Origin: Octopus bimaculoides
Taxonomy: Eukaryota
Direction: 5' to 3'
Assembly (NCBI RefSeq): GCF_001194135.2
Contig: NC_068982.1
Location: 91,527,652 to 91,588,828 of the forward strand
DNA: 61,177 nucleotides
Shown: positions 25,006-37,845 of the stretch, piece after piece
Numbering within the stretch: position 1 is the first letter of the stretch
Layout of the letters: every line of letters starts with the position of its first letter
The notes under the pieces: generated by a model
What the model saw: only the letters and a program-made list of their open reading frames with translations
Told to the model about the DNA's origin: nothing
The model's database searches: none
Position numbers and translations under genes: made by a program

Positions 25006-25316
25006 TTAAATAGAAATATAAGAAGTAGCATTCTATAATTCACCTTCCACGCCACTAAAATAATTATATACCAATCTATTCTATTTCTTGAACAACCTAC
25101 GGCAGGGTCTGATTCAATGTTTCTGAACATTTAGGGTTCCATACCCAACTTCGATTTTCTAAAAGGACTGTGTACCCAACGATGAAGAGACAAAGTCCAT
25201 ACATACATATGTATACATACATGCAGGCATAGATGCATACACACATACATACATACATACATACATATGTATACATACATACGTATGCATACATACATAT
25301 GTATGCATACATACAC

Positions 25317-25348
<32 letters not shown>

Positions 25349-25524
25349 NNNNNNNNNNNNNNNNNNNNNNNNNNNNNNNNNNNNNNNNNNNNNNNNNNNN
25401 NNNNNNNNNNNNNNNNNNNNNNNNNNNNNNNNNNNNNNNNNNNNNNNNNNNNNNNNNNNNNNNNNNNNNNNNNNNNNNNNNNNNNNNNNNNNNNNNNNNN
25501 NNNATATATATAGTGTGTGTGTGT

Positions 25525-25560
<36 letters not shown>

Positions 25561-25825
25561 TCAAAAGACATTTTAAGTATGATTTTATTGCAAGTTTTAT
25601 TCCCTAGTTACACCCCATTCTGAAGTAATCCACACCCAGCCTGTGAGGCGCGTATCCCACCCTAAAAAATACTGGCCTAATTCTCATCTGCCCCATTCCC
25701 TATATTATACTCTGTATTCTAATTGACACAATTATCCAGAATCTAATTTCTACCAAATATACTCTGGATGAAGCAACCCACTCTTAGTTTCTCCGAGTTC
25801 TATTGATTATTCTTCTCTTTTACTT

Positions 25826-26010
25826 GTTTCAGTCATTTGACTGCGACCATGCTAGAGCATCACCTTAAAGGGCTTTTCAGTTGAAGAAAACGACCCCAGG
25901 ACTTATTCTTTGTAAGCCTAGTATTTATTCTATCGAGTTCTTTTGCCGAACCACTAAGTTACTGGGACGTAAACACACCATCATCGGTTGTCAAGCGATA
26001 GTGGGAGGGC
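25826..26010 (+). mobile_element. Interspersed SINE-like repeat (also about 7480-7650 minus, 20960-21050, 56655-56760)
   Basis: Recurrent acttattctttgtaagcctagta.ttattctatcg..tcttttgccgaacc and aaacacacca.catcggttgtcaagc. Confidence 0.75.
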
Positions 26011-27391
26011 AAACACATGCACATGCGCACACACACACACACACGCACACACATACACAACGGGCTTCTTCAGTTTCTGTCTACCAAATCCACTCACAAG
26101 GCTTTCATCGGCTCGAGACTATAGTAGAAGAGACTTGCCCAAGATGCCACGCAGTGGGACTGAACCCGAAACCATGTGGTTGGGATGCAAGCTTCTTACC
26201 ACACAGCTCCACCTGTGCCTCCCTGTAGATAAGCAAACTGAAGAGTTTCAATCAACACATGAGGTCACATCAAGAATCATGCCAACCAAATGCAAAAACA
26301 AAAGAATTCATAGTGAAAATACTTAATGAAGAAAGCATGTAAAAGCGAACTACAAAAATTTATACGATCAGGAAAGACAAAGCAATAATAATTGACACTC
26401 ATTACGGTTTAGTTTAAGGCAGCGAGCTGGCAAAATCGCTACCGCGCCGGGTAAAATCCTTAGAGGTATTTCGTCCGTCTTTACGTTCTGAGTTCAAATA
26501 CCGCTGACTTTGTCTTTAATCCCTTTCTAGGAGAGGGTTCGATAAAATAAGTACCAGTTGAGTCGGTGTAATCGACTTACCCTTTTCCCCGAAGTGGCTA
26601 GCCTTGTACCAAAATTTGAAACCAATATTCCAGTTTAAATTGTAATCTAAAGAGGTTGAATATTGCTGTAAGCTAGTATCTGGTGAGGTGCTCTCCCTAA
26701 TTTAAGTTTTAACGCCTAGCAATCTTTACAGTAATATTATATTCGTTTATATCCATATAACAACCTTCGTTGTTTGCTACACGATGTTATATATAATTAC
26801 TTGAGCTGATTATATTTGACTGTAAGAAATAACTGATCTTTTTCTGTAACCGTTAAGGAATGTAACTAATGTTTCTTAAGAGACTCAAAGAAAGTTAATT
26901 TTTATAACTCTTGTCTCGTTAGCTTTTATAGGAATTAATCTGTGGATGCTTCCCGCATTAACTTGTTAACTCGCATTTAACTGAAGAAAGGCGATTAACA
27001 ACACCAAGCTTTCTCTTGTTCTCAGATAAAAGATCCTGTAGCAACACGTTAAATGCTAATTTACACAACCCTCTATTTCTCCTATTTATGCTCTATTATG
27101 CATGAATTCTTGCTACTAGAAACTTCTACAAGTTATTTTTGAACTCTAGTGAGTATAAATGATTACTCAACTAAACTATATGAACTACTGCCCAATACAT
27201 TCACTACTTGCAAACTTAAAGACAGTCCTACGCAGAGATCAGAAGCAAAATAAAGCAAAAGCATAAATAAACATTTTTTTCTTTTTCTGTGATAATTGAT
27301 TTGCGAAACAAACTTTTCGGTGCGAATTGTATAAATATCCATTCTTTTTTTATTTACCGCAGACACGATAAAGCAACATCCAAAATTGTAA

Positions 27392-27547
27392 GGAGTGGCT
27401 GTGTGGTTAGTAGCTTGCTCCCCAATCACATGGTTCCGGGTTCAGTTTCACTGCGTGGCACCTTGGGCAAGTGTCTTCTACTACAGCCTCGTGTTGACCA
27501 AAGCCTTATGAGTGGATTTGCTAGACGGAAATTGAAAGAAGCCGGTC

Positions 27548-27550
<3 letters not shown>
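27392..27550 (+). mobile_element. tRNA-derived SINE (also about 10545-10700 +, 21090-21245 -, 26055-26215 -, 56285-56425 -, 56483-56642 +)
   Basis: Head ggagtggctgtgtggt (A-box-like) and ggttcagt (B-box-like); conserved body gggcaagtgtcttctacta...ggaaactgaaagaagcc; ends in microsatellites. Confidence 0.8.
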
Positions 27551-27581
<31 letters not shown>

Positions 27582-28611
27582 NNNNNNNNNNNNNNNNNNN
27601 NNNNNNNNNNNNNNNNNNNNNNNNNNNNNNNNNNNNNNNNNNNNNNNNNNNNNNNNNNNNNNNNNNNNNNNNNNNNNNNNNNNNNNNNNNNNNNNNNNNN
27701 NNNNNNNNNNNNNNNNNNNNNNNNNNNNNNNNNNNNNNNNNNNNNNNNNNNNNNNNNNNNNNNNNNNNNNNNNNNNNNNNNNNNNNNNNNNNNNNNNNNN
27801 NNNNNNNNNNNNNNNNNNNNNNNNNNNNNNNNNNNNNNNNNNNNNNNNNNNNNNNNNNNNNNNNNNNNNNNNNNNNNNNNNNNNNNNNNNNNNNNNNNNN
27901 NNNNNNNNNNNNNNNNNNNNNNNNNNNNNNNNNNNNNNNNNNNNNNNNNNNNNNNNNNNNNNNNNNNNNNNNNNNNNNNNNNNNNNNNNNNNNNNNNNNN
28001 NNNNNNNNNNNNNNNNNNNNNNNNNNNNNNNNNNNNNNNNNNNNNNNNNNNNNNNNNNNNNNNNNNNNNNNNNNNNNNNNNNNNNNNNNNNNNNNNNNNN
28101 NNNNNNNNNNNNNNNNNNNNNNNNNNNNNNNNNNNNNNNNNNNNNNNNNNNNNNNNNNNNNNNNNNNNNNNNNNNNNNNNNNNNNNNNNNNNNNNNNNNN
28201 NNNNNNNNNNNNNNNNNNNNNNNNNNNNNNNNNNNNNNNNNNNNNNNNNNNNNNNNNNNNNNNNNNNNNNNNNNNNNNNNNNNNNNNNNNNNNNNNNNNN
28301 NNNNNNNNNNNNNNNNNNNNNNNNNNNNNNNNNNNNNNGGTGGTGTGATGTGATGTGGTGTTGTGGTGTATGGTGTAGTGGTGTGTCGTGTGGTGTGTTG
28401 GTGTTGGGTGGTGGGGGAGTCGAGACTGGAGAAAGCAAGGGTGGGGTGGTTAGGCTGAGGGTGGGGGTAGAGGTGGGGTATGTGGGAGTAGGTGTAAGGG
28501 ATGGGGTCGGGTGGGCAGACACACACATAGATATATATATATATGTGTGTGTGTTTGTCCCCCCACCATTGCTTGACACCGATATCGATGTGACTATGTC
28601 CTCGTAACTTG

Positions 28612-28691
28612 CTGTAGATATTCCAGTCTTTTAGAGTTCTTTTTCAGTTGCCCTGCTGGGTTGTATTAGTGTTTCTGTGTCTTATTATTAC

Positions 28692-28735
<44 letters not shown>

Positions 28736-28750
28736 TTTGATATAATAATA

Positions 28751-28785
<35 letters not shown>

Positions 28786-28912
28786 AATAATAATAATAAG
28801 GCTGGACGTGTTCTTCGCTGCTCTGACCTGTCAGCAGCTGAAGACACAGAAACGCTAATACAACCCAGCAGGGCAACTGAAAAATAACTCTAAAAGACTG
28901 GAATATCTACAG
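28612..28912. repeat. Inverted repeat, 72-bp arms (28612-28683 and 28841-28912), with a microsatellite-filled centre
   Basis: Arms are reverse complements with 2 mismatches; the spacer is (TTA)n(GAT)n(TAA)n plus a small hairpin. Confidence 0.92.
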
Positions 28913-29629
28913 TTTCCTGTGAGTATTTTGAATTTCCCTCAAAATAAGTTAAGGAACTTACATATCTACAGCTTTCGAACACATAAACAATCAGCTTGAA
29001 AACTTTTAATATCTACGCCTTCTGTGAATACCTANNNNNNNNNNNNNNNNNNNNNNNNNNNNNNNNNNNNNNNNNNNNNNNNNNNNNNNNNNNNNNNNNN
29101 NNNNNNNTGAGTATTCGAAAATGTAAACATCCTTTTTATTCCAAGAACACTACAGTCTTTTCTGTTCGGACAGACAAAAGATCATCTCTAGTAAATTTTT
29201 AAAAACTTCATATCTACAATTTTCTGTGAAAAAATTTTACCTTCCTTTTCTTTCCGTTCCTTTTCCCCTGAATATTCGAAAATATAAACATCCTTTTTAT
29301 TGTAAAAAATACCACAGTTTTCTCTGTAAGGACATACAAACGAACACCTCAAAAAATTTAGAAACTTTAATATCTCCAATTTTGTGTGAACATTTTGTCT
29401 TTCCTTCTTCCCTGACTAACAGAATATGTAAACATGCCTTTTATTGTAACAACACAATTAAATGTACGATAAAAAATTAAGGAAGTAAGCACCTGCCAAT
29501 ATATACGTACCGCACAGCTACAATAACTGCAAACCACAGCAAAACTAACACCAAACGAATTCAAAATTCACCACGATAGAGTAGAACAATATTTACATTA
29601 GAAAATGTGTAAATACTACAAAATCGGCA

Positions 29630-30026
29630 CTTCTGCTTACTGGTATGAACATATCCTGAGCCAGTTGTTGAAGGTAAAAATGAGATTTTCCAGTCAACAC
29701 CGACAGAACGATCATCCAAGCTTGTCGACCAGACATAATTATTAAAGACATGGAAGAAAATACTTGCAGACTAATAGATGTAAGTATTCCCACTGATAAC
29801 AATATATCTGTAAAAGAATTTAACAAATTAAGTAAATATAAAGACGTGGGAATTGAAGTACAAAAGATGTAGCATCTTAAAGCAAGAATTGTGCTTAGGT
29901 ATGATAAAAAAAAAGGGATGTCAGAAACATCTAGACAACATCCCAGGAGAACCATGTCTCAGAGAAATTCAAAAGATTGTGCTGACAAGTACTTCTCACA
30001 TCCTTAGAAAAACCTTATCAATTTAA
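29630..30026 (+). mobile_element. R4/Dong-like non-LTR retrotransposon REL endonuclease fragment
   Basis: TDRTII...RPDIIIKDMEENTCRLIDVSIPTDNNISVKEFNKLSKYKD, then EIQKIVLTSTSHILRKTLSI-stop: the PD..D..E.K restriction-like endonuclease pattern. Confidence 0.85.
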
Positions 30027-31216
30027 ATGTCTGTGTTGTGTTACATGAAGATATTTCGCTACTACCCCTGCCACTTTCACTCCACAAGCTTTCAGTCATA
30101 CTATAACATCTCTTATCCTTCACTCGCTCTAGGACGCTGGGTGTGTCTTGGGAAGTTATTGTAACAAACATGCAGATTAAAAGTAAATGGCAATAATAAT
30201 AATAACAATTTCAAATTTTTGCACACGACCAGCAATTTCGGAGTTCGAGGTAAGTCGATGGCATCGATCGCGGTACGCAACTAGTATCTATTTCATCGAT
30301 CACCAGCGAGACAGAAGACGAAGTTTATCCCAGCGAGATTTAGACTCAAAACATATAGAGTCGCAACATAAACTGCAAAGCATTTTTCCTGAAGCTCTAA
30401 TTATTTTGCCAATTCAATAACACACACACTCACACACACACATGTGTTTGTTTGATTATGTATGAGTTGATGTGTATATAGAGGGTACAAGCATGACCGA
30501 ATGGTTACGAAATTCTCTTGACAATATGTTTTGAGCTTCAACGCCACCACCCGCTGTCTTTTACCGTAGCATCGAATGGAATCAAGCTGTGCGGATGGAA
30601 TTGAGTAGACAAAAACTGCGCGGAAGCCTACAGGGTCGACTGTAATTATAATTCAAAAGGCCAATATAGTCACATATTGTGTCATTTAAAATCCTACCAG
30701 AAGATTACTGTCAGGGTACGCATGTCTGTCTACAGCTCACCATCTTATACTGTAACTGAATGTGTTAGTAGGGCAGCTGGCTGAAAAATTGGAACAATCA
30801 TCGTTTAAAGCGACGGACGATATACTTACATTTACTCACTTGTATAAAGATACGTATAAAAAGGAGGTATTAGTTTTGAAACCGTGACTTTAATTAAACA
30901 ATACAATCGTCTCGTTATTACGAGTAAAGCGATGTATAAAAAAGAGATATTTTTGAAACTGTGACTTTAATTAAACAATCGTCTCGTTATTACGAGTAAA
31001 GCGATTAAAATAATTGCAGTTTAGATTGTAGATTTTCCTTCTTGATTTTTTCCTCCAATATATTTTGAATGATATCTTGGCAGATGTACAAGTCATATTA
31101 TTGAATAACTGTTCTTTTATAATTGGTTGCAAATACAAGGAAATTAGATGAAAATTTATCGACATACTTTGTAAACCCTGATTTTATTTGTCACTCGCTG
31201 TCGCTTGTAGAGTATT

Positions 31217-31728
31217 TCAAGCATTTTCTTGCGTTGACAACAGAATTGTGCGTATCTCCGACAATACCTCAATCATATTGTTGATTTTGGATACAATCGT
31301 TTTTTCCATCTTTAATTGTTCCTGTGTACTATTGTCAAATTTCAAGTTCAGTTTGCGAACACCGCGTAATGTGGAATTTAACTTTGCTTCATGACTCTCC
31401 CTGGCTACTTTGTCGGCGAGCTCAGCATCAAGGGCACCTTCCTTTCTTAAGATCTCACTAGCTCGCTCTATCAAGAGATTTTTAGCTTCTGGGTAAGTTT
31501 CTAGAGCTGAGAGCAAATCAGTTTTGGATAAACTGAATAAATCTGTGAAGCCGATACTGCACACGGTAGCCGTCCTTCTGTTACCATATTTATTTCCAGG
31601 AATGGTTAGAACACTGAGGTCTCCAAAGGACTCACCTTCACCAAATTCTTTGAACACTATTGATAAATCTTCAGACATAACTCGAAGTTTCCCAGATTTT
31701 ACGATGTACATTTCTCTTCCTATGTCAC
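31217..31728 (-). CDS. CNGA: CNG channel alpha subunit, terminal exon (CNBD and C-terminal coiled coil)
   Basis: tattccag acceptor, phase 1; GDIGREMYIVKSGKL...FGDLSVL...GNRRTATVCSIGFTDLFSLSK...ILRKEGALD; stop at 31217-31219. Confidence 0.97.
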
Positions 31729-32519
31729 CTGGAATATAAGAAAAAAAATAACCATCACCACTCAGTTTTACCTAGCATTATGATCACCTTCCTATATGTA
31801 TATATATGTATGCCACAGTACTTTAGGGAAAGTGCCTTTCACTATAGCTCCAGAATTTGTTAGACGGACACTGTCAGAAAGCTCCTCTCTTCCACACACA
31901 CACACACACACTCTCCCTCTCCCTCTCTCTCTCTCTCTTTCTCTGCAGAGTGGTGTTAGAAAGGGAATCTAGCCGTAAAAACCCTGCCAAAACAGACACA
32001 GTAGCCTGGGGTAATCTACCTGGCCAGTTCTTGTCAACCGTCCTACCCATGCATGCATGGAAGATGGACGTTAAACGATGATGATAGATTTTCTTTATTA
32101 TATTTTACTCAGTAAACACAATTTAATAGAAATAACACAATGATATTTTAACCGGTAACTTTCAGTTTTGGAATAAGAGAATTCAATTCTGCCGAGGGTG
32201 GATATGTTGAATTTTTCACCGCTGGTTTTTCTATTCCAATGTTTGTTTGATATTTGAACGAGTTTACTCCTCTTGGGTATCCAACATCGTCATAAATACT
32301 GAGATAACATTTCAATCTACAGTCTCAAATTATCTCCAGGACTTTATGTGATTTCTTCGTAAGGGCTAACCGTATTATTGAAGCAAGAAGACCAGATACA
32401 ATGCTTGAGGACATAAACAACAAAAAAATTAACAAAATAGTGTAAGGTCATTGTCTCTGCAATACCATATAATAGTAGTGTGGTAATAATTACTGTTATT
32501 ATTACTGCTCCTCACAAGA

Positions 32520-32970
32520 AGGCGGCGAGCTGGGAGAATCGTTCGCACGTCTGTCTTTACGTTGTAAGTTCAAATTGCGCCGAGGTCGACTTTGCCTTTC
32601 ATCCTTTCGGGGTCGATAAATTAAGTACCAGTTGCGCATTGAGGTAGATCTAATCGACTGGCCCCTTCCCCCAAAATTTCGGGCTTTGTTCCTAGAGTAG
32701 AAAAGAATACCATATGATAGTAGTGTGGTAATAATTACTGTTATTATTACTACTCCTCACACGAAGGCGGCGAGCTGAGAGAATCGTTAGCACGCCGGGC
32801 GAAATGCTTGGCGGTATTTCATCCGTCTTCACGTTATGAGTTCAAATTCTGCTGAGGTCGGCTTTGCATTTTATCCTTTCGGGATAAATTAAGTACCAGT
32901 GAATCACTAGGGTCAATCTAACCGACTTGTCTCCTCGCCCAAAATTTCAGGCCTTGTAGAAAGGAAAGGA
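32520..32970 (+). mobile_element. Two copies of the most abundant SINE in the window (about 20 copies, e.g. 3262-3445 -, 8735-9190, 13120-13328, 26416-26625, 33490-33700 -, 44765-44942, 46630-46830, 48470-48770, 52575-52795 -, 55568-55750 -, 59790-59985)
   Basis: Consensus ggcggcgagctggcagaatcgttagcacgccggg...ttctgagttcaaattccgccgaggtcgactttgcctttcatcctttcggggtcgataaa recurs throughout. Confidence 0.9.
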
Positions 32971-33699
32971 TTATTATTACTCAGAGTTATTTCCATCAGC
33001 TCAACAGTCAGTCGAAAACGAGGCTTTGGAATGATATTTAAACATGGCTGACTCCTGGTGACCACGGTTCACGGCTAAAACAACTAAAGATGGATACCAT
33101 ACCCTCGTTCTTAGCAAAGTAAAGCCTATTTACGTCCAATCCTTTCCTGTCTTCGGTATTCAACAATTTCATCAGTTCGATAACCAGAATTACTATAAAT
33201 AGAAGGAAGCTAAGAAAACCTAGAAATACCAGAACCTAACCAGAAAGAGATGGAGATAATGTAGAACACAAAGGTGACAGTTGTTTCTGTGGTAATCGTT
33301 GCACTCAGAACAACACCCAAATTACAACCTAAGAGGCTGAAAGATATTGAAAATGATATACGCATTGTGGACCTCAAGAAAAGTGCTATCCTGTATTTTA
33401 CCAGAATCCTTAGAAAGATTCATGGAATTTGAGGAGACTTGTTGTTACCAAAACTAATCCTTGCTAATTAAATTAGTAAATAATAATAATTTCGAATTTT
33501 GCCACAAGGGCAGCAATTTTGGAGGAGGGGGTGAGTTGATAACATCGACACCAGTGTTCAACTGTTACTTATTTTATCGACCCCGAAAGGATGAAAGGCA
33601 AAGTCGACCACGGCGGAATTTGAACTCAGAACGTAAAGACGGACGAAATGCCTCTAAGCATTTTGCCAGTGTGCTAAAGATTCTGCCAGCTCACTGCCT

Positions 33700-33739
<40 letters not shown>

Positions 33740-34381
33740 GCTACTGCTACTACTACTACTACTACTACTACTAATAATAATAATAATAATAATAATATAA
33801 ATAATGATAATAATAATAATAATAGATGCACCATCAGGCTCTGGGTCTCGTGGCTTCTGATCTTAACTGATTAGAAGTGTTATCATGTACACTGTTTTGT
33901 CTTGCTATAAAAGATGGGCTACAGAAAATATTGTGCTCAATACCACAGATTTGTTTGCCAGTTGTTTGACCTCAACCAGCTGAGCATGTCCCTTGGTGGC
34001 TGATGATATGTGCATCTCTGATCATGAGCAGAAGTAGTGGGGGAACATCATAGCCATGTGTTGGGAATTCTTTGGGGTTTGAATAATTCACCTTTAGAAA
34101 CATGGGTGTTTTGTTCAACATCCTTAAGCCCTTATTCAGGGACCATTTGAGTGGGATGGGCTACACGACCTGAAGAAAATGCTGACTGGGCCCCACCTGG
34201 AAGGTCATGAATTGTTTATCTGAATATGAGATCATTAAGTTGCGCACATATTGTTGTAATGCATGTGTATATAGTGTACCCTTATCAGACGGGTAGTCAT
34301 GATGGGCATACTGGGCTTCATATATTTGTACCTCAGTGTTACTTTGATGGCATGCACTGCTCTCTCACTCACTCAATGATG

Positions 34382-34449
<68 letters not shown>

Positions 34450-37400
34450 CATAAGGTCAGAAAAGGTCATAGAAAACGAGAAAGCAACCATACTCTGGGA
34501 TATGCCAATACACACAGATAGAGAAATTAAGGCCAATAGACCAGATATAGTTGTCAAAGATCATGAAGAAAAAAATGCTTTCTAATTGATGTATCAATAN
34601 NNNNNNNNNNNNNNNNNNNNNNNNNNNNNNNNNNNNNNNNNNNNCAGTAAACATAAGAGCACCATAGCAAACCACAGCACATACCCAAGGCGCACAGAGC
34701 TACGCTCGGTAGTGAAGTGAAAGCACGTTATAAAAATAAAACTACTGAACAATAATAATAATAATACGAAATAGCCCGGTTATAGAAAATGAAGAAGTTG
34801 GAGATAATGCCAATTTTTGTTGGATGCTTGGAGACAGTATCAGAAGGTATCAAGAAGAATATCAAGGAAATTGGAATAGAGTGGTGCCCAGTAGAACTAT
34901 CAATGAACTAGATATGATACAACACACGCAAAGGAAAGAGAAGATAAACGAATACTATAGACGAGTTAGATTAATACTGAAAGCTACAATATTCTTAACT
35001 GGACTCTAAATGAACTAATCAAAATAGACAGGAAAACAAGAAAAATAACGACAAGATTTAGGATGCATCACCCAAAATCTGACATAGAAAGGTTATATAT
35101 ATACAACGTATCGAAGGTGCTAGAGGCCTTATACAGCTAAAAAACTATTACAAAATAATCACCATAGGACTACAGAAATACCAATTTCAGAAGCAAGGAA
35201 AACTAATACAAATAACCACAAGATACGAGCAAAATGGAAAGCTGTTTTCAGTTGTTAAGGGAGCTGACAATTACAAAAAAGAAATAATAGTTCCTAACAA
35301 ATATGAAGAAAAAGAAGAAACAACAAAAGCTATAAAACAACTGAAATCCAAACTAAAACTGGAGCAGCAACGGATCATGATAAAAATGATGGCAAGGAAA
35401 GCCCCTTCATGGCAAATATTGGATTAAACTAAACAAAAAAGACAAAAGACAAAACAAAATCCCAACAATGGCTGAGAAGCTCAGGACTCAAAGCAGAGAC
35501 TGAAGGATTTTTAATTGCAGCACAAGACCAAAGCCTCCCCATCAGAAATTATCAAAAATATGTAATAAAAAGAAATACAAGTAACTGTAGAAGGCATCAA
35601 GGGAAATATCAAGGAAATTGGAATAGAGTTCCCAGTAGAACTGTTACAAAAGGTTCGCCTCCTCGCCAAGGCCAGAATAATCAGGAAAGTATCAGATAGC
35701 TGAAAAGAACAGATAGCATGGTGCCGTAGGCTGCAGGCAGCAAGCTCGTTATGCATGCAAGGCTCCAAGAATTCCAACAAAACCTGATAAAGAGAAATGA
35801 TGATGATGATGATGAGAAGGAGGAGGAAGAGGAGGAAGAAGAAGAAGAAGAAGAAGAAGAAGAAGAAGAAGAAGAAGAAGAAGAAGAAGAAGAAGAAGAA
35901 GAAGAAGAAGAAGAAGAAGAAGAAGAAGAAGAAGAAGAAGAAGAAGAAGAAGAAGAAGAAGAAGAAGAAGAAGAAGAAGAAGAAGAAGAATGCTCTGATG
36001 CATTACCAGGCACTTGCTCTCATGGCTTCTGATCTTAACTGATTGGAAGTGTTATCATGTACATATCTTGTATAAAAGATGGTATAAAAATATTCTTGGT
36101 ATAAAAATATTCTGCTCAGTACCGCAGATTTGCTTGTCAGTTGTTTGACCTTAACCAGTTGAGCATGTCTCTTAGTGGCTGACGATATGTGCATCTCTGA
36201 TCACGAGCAGAAGTAGTTGCGGAGCATTATAGCATTATGTGTTGGAAATTCTTTGGGGTTTGAATAATTCACCCTTGGAAGCATGGATGCTTTGTTCAAC
36301 ATCCTTAAACAAACCTTATTCAGGGACTATTTGAGCGGGATGGGCTACTCGACCTGAAGAAAATTTAAACTGATTCCTATCTGCAATACCTATTGAAAAT
36401 GTTACACATCCCAAAACATTTAAGAAACGAGATATAAAAAACAAAGATGTAAATAAGATGGAAAACAACTGGAAAAGGAAAACAATGCATGGGCAATACT
36501 TCAGAAAAATCGAAAGGAAACACAAGATCTATGCCTGGAGATGGCTAAGGAAAAGTGATCTGAAAGGAGGTACTAAGGCATTGATATGCATTGATTAGCT
36601 TTGAGAATTAACTACACCAAGTTCCAAATAGATAAGAGCAGTGAATCGCCCTTTTGTAGGATGTGTGGCAGCAGAAACGAAACAATCTCACATGTTGTGA
36701 GTGAATGTAGCTAATTGGAATGACAAAATGACAAAGTGGTTAGCTTTGTTCATTTGAGATTGTGTAAGAAGTACAGTCTTGGAAGAACACGGAAATGATA
36801 CAAACATAAACCAGAAGGCGTCACTGAGAATAATGAAAATAAGATTTTATGGAATTTTACAATCTAATGTGACTCAAGCTGGAAACAGATGATACAATCA
36901 TCGAGTCGAAAGAGTACTAGAGACGGAGAAATGTAAGATTTTGTGGGACTTACTTATTCAAACGGATAAGGAGTTACAAAATATAGACCAAACATAGCGA
37001 TTATAGATAAGAAAAAGCGAAGTTGTTTACTGACCTATCATGACCGTTTGATTCCAGGATCGTAAAGAAAGATGAATAAAAACAAACAAACCATCAAACA
37101 AACAAAAATACAATCCCTTTAAATTTGAAATTGGGAGAACTTGGAGCATGCGAACAGTTAAAGATTGTGCCTATAATAGTTGGTGTTTGAGAACAGTAAG
37201 CCAAGATATAGACAAATGGCTGAAAGAGATTGAAATAGAATACCCGGTAGAGCTCCTGCAGAAAATTTGTCTCTTAGGTACAACAACGGCTATCAAGAGG
37301 GTTGGTTCTAAGTACTTCAAAGACTGCTGAAAACTTGTGTATAACTAAGGTTACAGGTAGTAACCCACTATCCTCAAAATTCCAGGAATAAGACCGAATC

Positions 37401-37760
37401 TGAGCCAAACCAAAATAATAATAATCCTTTCTGCTATAGGTACAAGGCCCAAAATCCTGTGAGAGAGGAGCTAGTCTATTACATCAACCCACAATAATAA
37501 TAAATACGAAAAAAGAAGTACAATAATAACAACAAAACAACAAGTTGAAGGAGATTGAAATAGAATCTCCTGTAGAGCTTGAAAGTTTACATCTAGGGGA
37601 CAGAAAAGATTATCAGAAGGCTCTTAGATACTTGAAAGACTATTAAAAGCTAGTGTTACATTAGTGCATACCTAATGCTAAAATTCTAACCATAGCACAT
37701 ACCCAAGAAACACAGCTGCTCTCGGTAGGGCAGTGAAAGCATGTCATAAAAATAAGACTA
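34450..37760 (+). mobile_element. Cluster of R4/Dong-like LINE fragments (34450-34760, 34760-35790, 36400-37420, 37540-37760)
   Basis: ILWDMPIHTDREIKANRPDIVVKD; MHHPKSDIERLY; WLRSSGLKAETEGFLIAAQDQSL; CRMC...SHVVSEC zinc knuckle; shared 3' UTR ending actactgaa(taa)n. Confidence 0.88.
35797..35989. repeat. (TGA)n-(GGA)n-(GAA)n microsatellite, representative of dozens of (CA), (CT), (TA), (TAA), (TAC) and (TATG) tracts
   Basis: Direct inspection; most N gaps are bordered by such tracts. Confidence 0.98.

Positions 37761-37845
<85 letters not shown>

Noticed and set aside
27289-28607. Long ORFs (200-366 aa) here and at 1283-1922, 4362-5204, 11411-12127, 15036-15736, 51129-51699 and 58881-59694
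   Set aside because: They consist of X residues spanning N gaps.
28835-28860. ctgaaga-caca-gaaac as a hammerhead core
   Set aside because: No stem II can form in four non-complementary bases, and there is no matching NUH site or stem I.
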